From an uncultured Candidatus Saccharibacteria bacterium (GTDB lineage Bacteria > Patescibacteriota > Saccharimonadia > Saccharimonadales > CAYUUR01): DNA of 64,000 bases. Below the pieces are notes generated by a model that was not told the origin of the DNA, searched no databases, and saw nothing but the letters and a program-made list of their open reading frames with translations. The stretch spans positions 645 to 64,644 of the forward strand of contig CAYUUR010000002.1 of assembly GCA_964448075.1 (NCBI GenBank), written 5' to 3'. Positions 12,464 to 20,743 of the stretch are shown here, in pieces (position 1 is the stretch's first letter; the number at the start of each line of letters is the position of its first letter). A program made the position numbers and the translations under genes.

Positions 12464-12625
12464 AGCACTTGAATAAAAAAAGTGCTCAAAAACAAAAAGA
12501 CTCAAAAACAACGGCTTCTCGCAAGCCGTTGTTCCATAAAAAAGAAAAGCCAAAACTTTAAAACCAAAGTTCACACCACACACAAAAACCTCCAAAAAAC
12601 CTGCCTCATAACGGCAGGTTTTTTT
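12464..12625 (+). ncRNA. Candidate A/C-rich sRNA (~160 nt)
   Basis: Starts at the predicted TSS with hairpin AGCACTT/AAGTGCT. Has an 11-bp hairpin at 12507-12533 and ends in terminator AAAAAACCTGCC/GGCAGGTTTTTTT. Confidence 0.45.
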
Positions 12626-12664
12626 GATATCGCACAAGCCATACGTTATACTAGCGTAAGCAAT

Positions 12665-14185
12665 ATGGGTGCAACCAAATGTATAATTGAGAGTGGGACC
12701 GATGGCACAATCATCGAGGTTGAATGCCACATAAGTAACAGCTTGCCTGGTATGGTAATCGTTGGCGCCGCTAGCAAAGCCGTTGATGAAGCAAAGGAAC
12801 GATTGCGCGCTGCCTTTGCCAATTCACTCATCCCCTTGCCTCGCAAACGGATTACCATTAACCTGGCGCCTGCAGATATTCCAAAAGACGGCGCTGGCTT
12901 TGACATATCAATTGCAGCAGCGATTCTGATAAACGCAAGCATGGGGAAACCTGTCTTTCCTAAAGAAACGCTCTACATAGGCGAATTGGGTTTAGACGGG
13001 AGTACCCGACCGGTTCGTGGCATTATTGGCAAACTGATGGCGGGCCGCAAGAAAGGCTATTCGCATTTTGTCATTCCACAAGCTAACCTTGCACAAGCAA
13101 GTCTTATACCGGGTATTTCCCTGTTCCCAATCACAAGTCTTAAACAGTTGTACGAGCACTTAGCCGAGCACAAGCAGATTACAGAACACCAAACAAACGA
13201 AGACTCGTATCTACCCCCTCAATACAACAACCAAGCGGACCATAACTTTGCACATGTCATTGGTCAAAAACGAGCCAAACGTGCGCTTGAGATAGCTGCA
13301 GCTGGCGGACATAACGTAATTTTAAACGGGCCGCCCGGAACAGGTAAGAGTATGTTGGCGCAAGCTCTACCGACCATAATGCCAGCTCTCACCAGAGAAG
13401 AGATGCTTGAGGTAACACATCTTCATAGTCTTGCCAGTAATACTTTTGAGGAGATCGTAAACACTCGGCCCTTCCGCTCGCCGCATCATAGTTCCAGCAA
13501 TACTGCGATACTCGGTGGCGGCTCTCGTCCGCTGCCGGGCGAGATTAGCCTAAGTCACCACGGTGTTTTGTTTTTTGATGAGTTTCCTGAGTTCAATCGC
13601 TCTGTCATAGAAGCACTGCGGCAACCGCTCGAAGACGGAGTCATCCACGTTGCTCGAGCAAAACAGAGTGTCACATATCCAGCTCGGTTTATTATGGTCG
13701 CCACAGCAAACCCCTGCCCGTGTGGTTATTACGGAAGTCGGCGTGCCTGCACCTGCCTTCCGCAGCAAATTATTAACTACGAAAAGAAGCTTTCGGGGCC
13801 CATCCTTGACCGTATTGATCTATACGTTGAGGTAGAGGAAGTCGCTCACGAACGGCTTCTCAACACCGATACCAACGAAGAGCCAAGCAGCGCGATTCTC
13901 GAACGGGTTGAGAGAGCTCGGCAACTACAAGCGCAACGCTATGAGCCAGCCCGACTGAACCGCACCATGAACAATATCGACATCAAACGTTACAGCCAAC
14001 TCAGCCCTGCTGCGGAACAGCTACTAAACAGAGCTGCGAGCAAACTCGGGCTTTCTGCTCGAGGCTACATGCGCTGCATTAAGGTAGCGCGCACTATCGC
14101 CGACCTGGAGCAAAGCGCTGACACCACACCTGCACATGTCAGCGAGGCTTTGCAATATCGTCGTCAAAGCTCAAGCATAACTTAA
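12665..14185 (+). CDS. comM: ComM/YifB Mg-chelatase-like AAA+ ATPase
   Basis: ITINLAPADIPKDG, AAAGGHN, GPPGTGKSML, RPFRSPHH, LFFDEFPEF, ANPCPCG, SGPILDRIDL. Start at ATG 12665; the longer ORF reads through a terminator. Confidence 0.92.
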   Translation: MGATKCIIESGTDGTIIEVECHISNSLPGMVIVGAASKAVDEAKERLRAAFANSLIPLPRKRITINLAPADIPKDGAGFDISIAAAILINASMGKPVFPKETLYIGELGLDGSTRPVRGIIGKLMAGRKKGYSHFVIPQANLAQASLIPGISLFPITSLKQLYEHLAEHKQITEHQTNEDSYLPPQYNNQADHNFAHVIGQKRAKRALEIAAAGGHNVILNGPPGTGKSMLAQALPTIMPALTREEMLEVTHLHSLASNTFEEIVNTRPFRSPHHSSSNTAILGGGSRPLPGEISLSHHGVLFFDEFPEFNRSVIEALRQPLEDGVIHVARAKQSVTYPARFIMVATANPCPCGYYGSRRACTCLPQQIINYEKKLSGPILDRIDLYVEVEEVAHERLLNTDTNEEPSSAILERVERARQLQAQRYEPARLNRTMNNIDIKRYSQLSPAAEQLLNRAASKLGLSARGYMRCIKVARTIADLEQSADTTPAHVSEALQYRRQSSSIT

Positions 14186-14312
14186 GACGAGAAATTTCAA
14201 AAAACACCTTATAAAGCCAAAAAATAACCTTGATCTAACATAAGATAGTTGACCTCTGTTATGCCATCTGTTACAATGCAGTAAATCCAAATCATTAAAG
14301 GAGAATAACGGC

Positions 14313-14843
14313 ATCAATAAGTTTACCCGCCTGAATGAACAGATTCGGGCACCACGTTTACGCGTGATTGATGAGGAAGGTCAACAGCTCGGCGTCCTTT
14401 CCAAAAGTGAAGCTTTGCAACTTGCTCGCGAACAAGATCTGGACTTGGTAGAAATATCGCCAAACGCCGATCCGCCCGTGGCCAAGATTGTGAACTGGGG
14501 TAAGTTCAACTATGAACGAACCAAGCAGCTCCAAAAAAGCAAACGCAGCGCTAAAGCCACCGCTCTCAAACAGATCAGATTTGGATTAAAGATTAGCGAT
14601 CACGACCTGGGCGTCAAGATGAAGAAAGTTACTGATTTCCTTCAAGCAGGACATAAGGTAAAATTAACCATCGTGTACCGAGGCCGTGAGCTCGCTCATA
14701 AAGAAATTGGCTTTACGCTCGCCGCCAAGGTGATAGAAAGCTTCGGAGAGACCATTATCGTCGACTCGAAACCTCAATTTGCAGGAAAACAACTAAACTT
14801 CGTAGTAAGGAGTAACCCACATGCCAAAGTTAAAGACTCATAG
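14313..14843 (+). CDS. infC: Translation initiation factor IF-3 (non-AUG ATC start)
   Basis: The conserved 'RLNEQIRAPRLRVID' lies upstream of the ORF-track start. In-frame ATC at 14313 follows SD AAGGAG. DLVEISPNADPPVAKI motif present. Confidence 0.93.
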   Translation: MNKFTRLNEQIRAPRLRVIDEEGQQLGVLSKSEALQLAREQDLDLVEISPNADPPVAKIVNWGKFNYERTKQLQKSKRSAKATALKQIRFGLKISDHDLGVKMKKVTDFLQAGHKVKLTIVYRGRELAHKEIGFTLAAKVIESFGETIIVDSKPQFAGKQLNFVVRSNPHAKVKDS

Positions 14844-15015
14844 CGGAACTAAAGACCGCATACGTGTCACCAAGAACGGCAAGATTCGTCGCCGACAATC
14901 TACCGGCAACCACCTGTTGCAAAAGAAATCAGCTGCCCGCAAGCGACGCTTTGCAGGTCTAACTACAATGGTCGGCAAAGAAGCCCGAACCATTAAAAAG
15001 AATCTAGGAGTATAG
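14821..15015 (+). CDS. rpmI: 50S ribosomal protein L35
   Basis: MPKLKTHSG...HLLQKKS; located between infC and rplT. Confidence 0.95.
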   Translation: MPKLKTHSGTKDRIRVTKNGKIRRRQSTGNHLLQKKSAARKRRFAGLTTMVGKEARTIKKNLGV

Positions 15016-15018
15016 AGA

Positions 15019-15363
15019 ATGCGCGTAAAAAGAGGCGTCACCGCCCATGCCCGACATCAGAAAATTCGTAAAGCAACCAAAGGCTTTACTCGTGGTAACC
15101 GCTCAAGCGTTCGCCGTGGCAAGCAAGCACTGACTAAGTCATTAGTCTATGCTACACGTGACCGCAAGAATCGTAAGCGTACATTCCGACAGCTATGGAA
15201 CACTCGCATTAATGCGGCTGCCCGCATTAATGGCACAACCTACTCACGCCTGATCGCTGGACTCAAGAAAGCCAACATCACCCTTGACCGCAAGGTAATG
15301 GCTGAGCTTGCTGTAAACGAACCAAAAGCGTTTGAAGCTGTCGTAAAAGCGGCTAAAGTTTAA
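15019..15363 (+). CDS. rplT: 50S ribosomal protein L20
   Basis: [43 protein letters not shown]. Confidence 0.97.
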   Translation: MRVKRGVTAHARHQKIRKATKGFTRGNRSSVRRGKQALTKSLVYATRDRKNRKRTFRQLWNTRINAAARINGTTYSRLIAGLKKANITLDRKVMAELAVNEPKAFEAVVKAAKV

Positions 15364-15433
15364 CGCCTAGATAAAAAACCTTACTACGAAATGCCATCTT
15401 ATTCTCTAAGGTGGCATTTTTCGATATACTACT

Positions 15434-15862
15434 GTGGTGACTACTCGAAACAGAAAAAACCACTTCTATTATGCCCATCACACCCGTCGCGCTACCGACG
15501 CGCCGTGTCAATTCTGCCACTTTAGTCCAGCCAAGGACGAGATACTTGAGCAAACAAAAACAATGTGGGTCGTACGCAATCTTTTCCCTTACGATGTTTG
15601 GGATACCTCCACCGTAAAGGATCATCTAATGATCGTACCAAAGCGTCACATCGACTCCGTCTCTCACTTTAATGGGTCTGAGCAAACAGAATTCATGCGT
15701 ATGCTCGCTAAATATGAAGCTGCGGGTTACTCAGTTTACGCCCGCGCACCAACCAATAAAATGAAATCCGTCATCCATCAGCACACTCATCTCATCAAAC
15801 TCGGGCCAAAAGTACGAAGCCTGATATATGTAGAAAAACCTCGTCTGCTGTTAGCGAAATAG
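15434..15862 (+). CDS. HIT-family protein
   Basis: CQFC, NLFPY, HLMIVPKRH, HQHTH triad. Confidence 0.8.
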   Translation: MVTTRNRKNHFYYAHHTRRATDAPCQFCHFSPAKDEILEQTKTMWVVRNLFPYDVWDTSTVKDHLMIVPKRHIDSVSHFNGSEQTEFMRMLAKYEAAGYSVYARAPTNKMKSVIHQHTHLIKLGPKVRSLIYVEKPRLLLAK

Positions 15863-15863
15863 T

Positions 15864-15893
15864 AAAACCACCCCTAATATCTGGGGTGGTTTT
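15864..15893. terminator. Bidirectional intrinsic terminator
   Basis: AAAACCACCCC/GGGGTGGTTTT between the convergent HIT gene and rnpB. Confidence 0.75.
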
Positions 15894-15921
15894 ACCTCGC
15901 GCGGTACAGCGCTTGTTATAA

Positions 15922-16273
15922 AGCTAGATTATCTATAAGCCGGGTTCTGTCCCCAGTAAACTGAGGGCTAATCATCTATCTAGCCTTGTTGTCACCAACA
16001 AGGTCAAGCGGATAAGCGATAAACCGTGGCGGGAACCCTAGTAGGTCTATCTCCTTGCAGCAGACAGGGTTTACCTCCTCCCTACGTCACCGTAGGCAGC
16101 TGTGAGCTTTTACCTCACTCGTTTCACCCGTTCCCAACCGAGGCTGGGCGGTATCGTTTCTGTGGCACTTTCCCTAAGGTTTCCCTCGGTTGCCGTTAGC
16201 AACTGTCATTCCCTACGCTGCCCGGACTTTCCTCCCCGTATAAAATACGCGGCGACTAGCCAATAATCTAGCT
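15922..16273 (-). ncRNA. rnpB: RNase P RNA (type A)
   Basis: Minus strand has GAGGAAAGTCCGGGC, AGTGCCACAGAAA, GGGTGAAACG, GGTAAACCC and ACAGAACCCGGCTTA. P1 is AGCTAGATTAT/ATAATCTAGCT. Confidence 0.96.
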
Positions 16274-16286
16274 CTGTTATTATACC

Positions 16287-17042
16287 TTAATTATTTGATT
16301 CTGCTACTTCGTCCAGAACTTTGTTGACCATAGCATCAGCCTCTTTATTCTTTTCTCGCGGCACGTGCGTGAAGGTCACACTGTCAAAGGCCTGCTCACA
16401 CTGCTGCACAATCGCCGCATAAATCGGCCAAAGCTCCTTATTCTTAACCTTGTAGACTCCCTTGAGCTGGTTAATAACCAACAAACTATCCATGAATACA
16501 TTGACGCGTTGTGCGCCGAGTCGTTCAGCATCAAGAAGACCGAGCTTAAGCGCCGTGTACTCAGCTTGATTATTGGTTGTAATGCCCATGTAGTGGCCGT
16601 CACTTTTAAGTATATTCCCATCCATGTCGTAAATAACCCAGCCGGCAGCAGACGGACCCGGGTTGCCACGTGACCCACCGTCACCATACAAACTTACCTC
16701 TGTTATATTTGTGTATTTTTTTACAACATTTCCTTCCACTTCATGCTTTTTTTCATGTGGCTGGAACGAAAAGGTTATCTTTGTAGCTATGAGGTCTGGG
16801 TCAAAGTCGTGCGGTGCAATGGCTTCAACTAACAAGTCTTCGTGGTTAGGAAAATCACGCAATCGCCGACTCAAAACCTCGCGGACAGTGATCGTGCCGA
16901 CAGATTCGGAAGCGTCTTGGCTGACAAGTTCTACAGCCTCGCCGACCAAAAAAGGTGCGGCAGCCCCAACCAACAACAATGCATGGCGTTCGCCGCGGCT
17001 AATTTCTTGGATTGCTTTTTGTGTTACTTGGATCGATTGCAT
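16287..17042 (-). CDS. rnhA: Ribonuclease HI fused to an N-terminal (ASCH/PUA-like?) domain
   Basis: YGDGGSRGNPGPSAAG, TNNQAEY, DSLLVINQL, HVPREKNKEAD in the C-terminal half; ~110-aa N-terminal extension. Confidence 0.88.
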   Translation of the reverse strand: MQSIQVTQKAIQEISRGERHALLLVGAAAPFLVGEAVELVSQDASESVGTITVREVLSRRLRDFPNHEDLLVEAIAPHDFDPDLIATKITFSFQPHEKKHEVEGNVVKKYTNITEVSLYGDGGSRGNPGPSAAGWVIYDMDGNILKSDGHYMGITTNNQAEYTALKLGLLDAERLGAQRVNVFMDSLLVINQLKGVYKVKNKELWPIYAAIVQQCEQAFDSVTFTHVPREKNKEADAMVNKVLDEVAESNN

Positions 17043-17082
17043 CTGTTTCTATTCTACCCTATTTTCCCGTACAATAGCACAG

Positions 17083-18111
17083 ATGAAAATTAGCGACTAT
17101 GATTACCAACTCCCTGACGAACTGATTGCCGACCGACCACCTGAACAACGCGGCAGTACGCGATTATTAGTCTTGGACAAAAAATCTGGTGACATCAGCC
17201 ATCATTACTACGCTGATCTTGCTGACTACCTGGACACTGGAGATCTATTGGTTCTCAATAACACGAAGGTTATTAAGGCGCGTTTGATCGCCAAAAACAA
17301 CGACGGCAAGGAACGTGAGTTATTGCTTATCGAAAAGCATGGTAAAGTATTTGGCGTCCATCAACACAAAGTACTGTATCGTGGCCGTATCCGAACAGGT
17401 GAAGTGCTAACCGTTCATATGCACACTATTATCGTCAAGGAGGTACTTGACGGTGGGCTGGCGATTGTCCAAACAGAGGAAAACTTACTTGACCTCGCCG
17501 AACGTTACGGTGAAGTTCCTTTACCGCCCTACATGAAGCGTCACGCCGACCAAACTGATACTGAGCGGTATCAGACCGTTTTTGCGCGTGACGCCGGTTC
17601 TGTGGCCGCTCCAACTGCCTCACTCAACTTTACTGAGGAGCTAGAGGCCAGACTACGCAACAAAGGCGTACACATTGCCTACCTCACTCTGCATGTCGGT
17701 CTTGGCACCTTCCTGCCCATCCGCACTGACAACGTAGAAGAACACCAGATGCACAGTGAATATTATGAGGTGCCTGAAGAAACCGTTGCCGCAATTCGGC
17801 AAGCCAAAAAGTCCCGTAATAAAGTCTGCGCCATCGGCACCACCGTCACGCGCACACTTGAGTATTGTGCAGCTGACATCCTAGACGACAAGCCACAAAA
17901 CCTATCTGGCGAGGCCAACATCTTCATCTATCCAGGCTATGAGTTTAAGATAGTTGACCAATTACTCACCAACTTCCACGCGCCACGCAGTACGGTACTG
18001 ATGCTCACAGCTGCTTTCGCCGGTTGGGACAACCTCAAATTAGCCTACGAGAAGGCCGTTGAAGAAAAGTATCACTTCCTCTCCTACGGCGACTCTATGC
18101 TGATACGTTAG
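17083..18111 (+). CDS. queA: SAM:tRNA ribosyltransferase-isomerase
   Basis: YDYQLPDELIA, NNTKVIKARL, PLPPY, YQTVFA, GSVAAPTA, TLHVGLGTF, TNFHAPRST, SYGDSML. True start at ATG 17083. Confidence 0.96.
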   Translation: MKISDYDYQLPDELIADRPPEQRGSTRLLVLDKKSGDISHHYYADLADYLDTGDLLVLNNTKVIKARLIAKNNDGKERELLLIEKHGKVFGVHQHKVLYRGRIRTGEVLTVHMHTIIVKEVLDGGLAIVQTEENLLDLAERYGEVPLPPYMKRHADQTDTERYQTVFARDAGSVAAPTASLNFTEELEARLRNKGVHIAYLTLHVGLGTFLPIRTDNVEEHQMHSEYYEVPEETVAAIRQAKKSRNKVCAIGTTVTRTLEYCAADILDDKPQNLSGEANIFIYPGYEFKIVDQLLTNFHAPRSTVLMLTAAFAGWDNLKLAYEKAVEEKYHFLSYGDSMLIR

Positions 18112-18135
18112 AATACGCTAAAATACCTCTGTTAA

Positions 18136-18211
18136 CAGGGTGTAGCTTAGTTGGTAAAGCGCCGGGCTGGGGGTCCGGAGACCGGAGGTTCAAGTCCTCT
18201 CACCCTGACCA
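18136..18211 (+). tRNA. tRNA-Pro(GGG)
   Basis: CAGGGTG/CACCCTG acceptor, anticodon arm CCGGG-CTGGGGG-TCCGG, GGTTCAA T-loop, encoded CCA. Confidence 0.93.
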
Positions 18212-18235
18212 TAAAGATTTTGTGGGGACCCCTTG

Positions 18236-18284
18236 TACGGCTGGGGGCCGTGAGGTCGCAGGTTCAAGTCTTGTCATCCCGACC
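18236..18284 (+). pseudogene. 3' fragment of a second, different tRNA-Pro(GGG)
   Basis: TACGG-CTGGGGG-CCGTG-AGGTC-GCAGG-TTCAAGT-CTTGT-CATCCCG-ACC has anticodon and T arms but no D arm or 5' acceptor strand. Confidence 0.75.
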
Positions 18285-18298
18285 TTTATAAACAGAAG

Positions 18299-18326
18299 AA
18301 GCTCGAGGATTTTCTCGAGCTTTTTT
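18299..18326. terminator. Intrinsic terminator after tRNA-Pro
   Basis: AAGCTCGAG/CTCGAGCTT followed by a T-run. Confidence 0.7.
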
Positions 18327-18455
18327 GTGGCTGATACCGTATGACAACCTGGAATGAACCCAGGTGGGTGCTCTCATATGTCGACCCCCGGCCGACACGA
18401 ATATTGAGCTCCCTAATGATAAATATTCAGATTATCATTTTTTGGCATCAGCCAC
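18327..18455 (-). ncRNA. ssrS: Compact 6S RNA candidate
   Basis: Closing stem GTGGCTGATGCC/GGTATCAGCCAC. Carries GGGAGC and GCACCCACCTG...GGTTCA motifs characteristic of Firmicute-type 6S RNA. TAGAAT -10 box just upstream. Confidence 0.7.
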
Positions 18456-18483
18456 TTTTATTCTACGCCTTCACTACAAATTC

Positions 18484-19110
18484 TTAAAGTAAAAATTGTA
18501 GAACTGCTTGGTTCATGTCTTGCAAGAATGGACCGATCACACTGTACAGCAACGCAAAGGATACCAAAATAATGACGAGTCCCGTCTGTTCAATTTGTTC
18601 CATTATACGCTGCACAGGCGCGGGTGCCACCGCATACAAAACACGTGACCCATCAAGCGGCGGAAACGGTATCATGTTAAAGACAAAGATAGCTACGTTA
18701 ACGACCAAAAAGATCGACAAAGCCTGCAGTACAAGTAGCGAATCGATACCTACAAATAACCGTAGTAGAACAGCAGTAAACGCAGCCAAGGCAAAGTTAG
18801 TCAGCGGACCTGCTAAGGCAATCAGTGCAGCACCAAACTCCTCGTACTTCACTCGAGCTGGATTGAATGGCACTGGTTTAGCCGCCAAGAACGGTGGTAA
18901 GCCAAGCAACAGAAGCATCATCGGCATAAGTACCGTCAATACGGGGTCAATATGTTTAAGCGGATTGAGCGTCAGTCGACCCTCTTGCTGGGCCGTGTCA
19001 TCCCCCAGCCAAAACGCCGCATAGCCATGCATCGCTTCGTGTATACCGATAGCAACTATCAGCGAAACAAGGTAAAACAGGATGTTAATGCCAGTTAGGT
19101 CAATATTCAT
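18484..19110 (-). CDS. Site-2 protease (M50 family)
   Basis: HEAMH, GRLTLNPLKHID, AGPLTN, FNMIPFPPLDG. Confidence 0.92.
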   Translation of the reverse strand: MNIDLTGINILFYLVSLIVAIGIHEAMHGYAAFWLGDDTAQQEGRLTLNPLKHIDPVLTVLMPMMLLLLGLPPFLAAKPVPFNPARVKYEEFGAALIALAGPLTNFALAAFTAVLLRLFVGIDSLLVLQALSIFLVVNVAIFVFNMIPFPPLDGSRVLYAVAPAPVQRIMEQIEQTGLVIILVSFALLYSVIGPFLQDMNQAVLQFLL

Positions 19111-19204
19111 GTCATTCTAGTATAGCAAACATTGCGCGTATTTAAGGCTTGACCTACAGAGGTAAAACCGCTACAATACGGCTTTGAATCTTAAGGATAA
19201 AATC

Positions 19205-19399
19205 ATGCAGAAATGTGAAATCACCGGTAAAGGCAAACAATTTGGTCACAATGTGAGTTTCTCACAGCGTCACACCAAGAAAGTTTGGAAGCCAAATCTT
19301 CAGACAAAGACCATCATCGTCGATGGCAAAAAGATCAAGATGAAGGTCAGCGCTCAAGGTATTCGTACACTCAAAAAACAAGGCGTTATTGCTAAATAA
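19205..19399 (+). CDS. rpmB: 50S ribosomal protein L28
   Basis: KCEITGK...GHNVSFSQRHTKKVWKPNLQ; SD AAGGA before ATG 19205. Confidence 0.95.
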   Translation: MQKCEITGKGKQFGHNVSFSQRHTKKVWKPNLQTKTIIVDGKKIKMKVSAQGIRTLKKQGVIAK

Positions 19400-19476
19400 C
19401 CGCCCTTATCGTAAATCGTAATTGGGATTAAAAAGCTCTTCCACGGAAGAGCCTTTTTGTTATCAGAACTATGTGT

Positions 19477-20106
19477 TTATTTAGAGCGTTCGACAACGAT
19501 CAGCTTGGTTGTCTCATCGATGTCGGTAGATTTCAGCTTGAGTCGCTCGACAGTCTCAGAAACTTCCATAGACAGCCCGGTAAGCGCGTCAGCCAATGTT
19601 TGTTGTGGTACCTCAAACTTGAGGTCTTTGTCATCGTAATGCGTCGGGATAACAATCTTTGGCTCGATTTTCTTGATGAGCTTGAGCGCGCCAATACTGT
19701 CGAGTGTGTAGCCGTTCCCGCCAACAGGGATAATCAGCACATCAATTACGCCGAGTAGCTCCAGCTGCGCTTCAGTAAGATCAGGGTGAACATGACCAAC
19801 GACAGCCACACGGATATCGTCCATCATGAGCCGATACATCACCGCCGTCCGTTTGCTTTCTTCATCAATATGAGCTCGAGCCTGAACGCCGCGCACGGAG
19901 ATGTCGGCAACCTCATACTCACCAGGAAAGTCTATCGACAGCCGTACTTCCGCAGAAACCGGCTCATGAACCCCTGTAAATAGCGCCACATCACCACTTT
20001 TTGTAACAGACTTGGCTCCGAGTTCGCTCAAATTGTCATCAAAGACCAAAGTAGCCTTTTTGTTAGCGATACGTACGCAATTAGCTCCAAAAAACTGAAT
20101 ATCCAT
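19477..20106 (-). CDS. Metallo-beta-lactamase-fold protein (Lactamase_B_3-like)
   Basis: PGEYEV, IDVLIIPVGG, IEPKIVIPTHY; the HxHxDH motif is degenerate. Confidence 0.8.
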   Translation of the reverse strand: MDIQFFGANCVRIANKKATLVFDDNLSELGAKSVTKSGDVALFTGVHEPVSAEVRLSIDFPGEYEVADISVRGVQARAHIDEESKRTAVMYRLMMDDIRVAVVGHVHPDLTEAQLELLGVIDVLIIPVGGNGYTLDSIGALKLIKKIEPKIVIPTHYDDKDLKFEVPQQTLADALTGLSMEVSETVERLKLKSTDIDETTKLIVVERSK

Positions 20107-20723
20107 TATTTCTTTTTCTCCTCTTTAGTCTTTTTTTCTGTAAATTCACCGTGTTTGTCTATCAGTACCTGCTTTTTGGCACTCATAACACCGGCCAGAA
20201 ACCTATCGTTAATCTGTTTACGGTATTCGAAGTCGCTAACGCCCATTGATACGTAGCGAATCTCCTTGCCTTCTTTTTTCTCGAATGCAGCGACATATTT
20301 GTCTAGCTTGGTTTGATTGACGTCACCTACTACAAGGAAATCAACGTCTACCACAGTATCGCGCGTAAACACACCCGTCAGCAAAGCAATATCAATGTTA
20401 CCAATTGTTTTGAGCTCTTTGAGGCCATCTTCCTTCTCTTCCCCTTTAACGGTCGGCGTTGCCATGGTCTGACCGCCAAACATTGCTGCGAGAGCTTTGT
20501 AGTGTTCATAATCTTGGTTTACTTCGTAATACAGTCTGTTCTTGTTGTCGTCTGATGAAATAATGCCAATGCTCAGCAGATTGGCTAGTTCGCGGCGCAC
20601 CGAATTAATCTGCTCATCGATCTTGCGTGTGATTTCTCGCACATAGAATGAGCGATTAGGGTTACTACAGAAGAGCTGTAGCAACTTTACCCTCGTTTTA
20701 CTCCCAAAAAGTTGTTCTATCAC
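20106..20723 (-). CDS. Winged-HTH protein with C-terminal nucleotidyltransferase-like domain
   Basis: LFGSKTRVKLL...YVREITR...INSVRRELANL HTH and a DVDFLVVGD motif. Confidence 0.75.
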   Translation of the reverse strand: MIEQLFGSKTRVKLLQLFCSNPNRSFYVREITRKIDEQINSVRRELANLLSIGIISSDDNKNRLYYEVNQDYEHYKALAAMFGGQTMATPTVKGEEKEDGLKELKTIGNIDIALLTGVFTRDTVVDVDFLVVGDVNQTKLDKYVAAFEKKEGKEIRYVSMGVSDFEYRKQINDRFLAGVMSAKKQVLIDKHGEFTEKKTKEEKKK

Positions 20724-20743
20724 GTACCTATTGTAACAAATTG

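Noticed and set aside
16663-17082. N-terminal extensions in the ORF track (queA, also comM, MFS, Fic, 24993, 11453)
   Set aside because: They overlap opposite-strand genes, tRNAs or terminators, and family homology begins at the downstream starts.
18236-18455. Permuted tRNA-Pro
   Set aside because: No complementary 5' half (CGGGATG plus D arm) follows the fragment.
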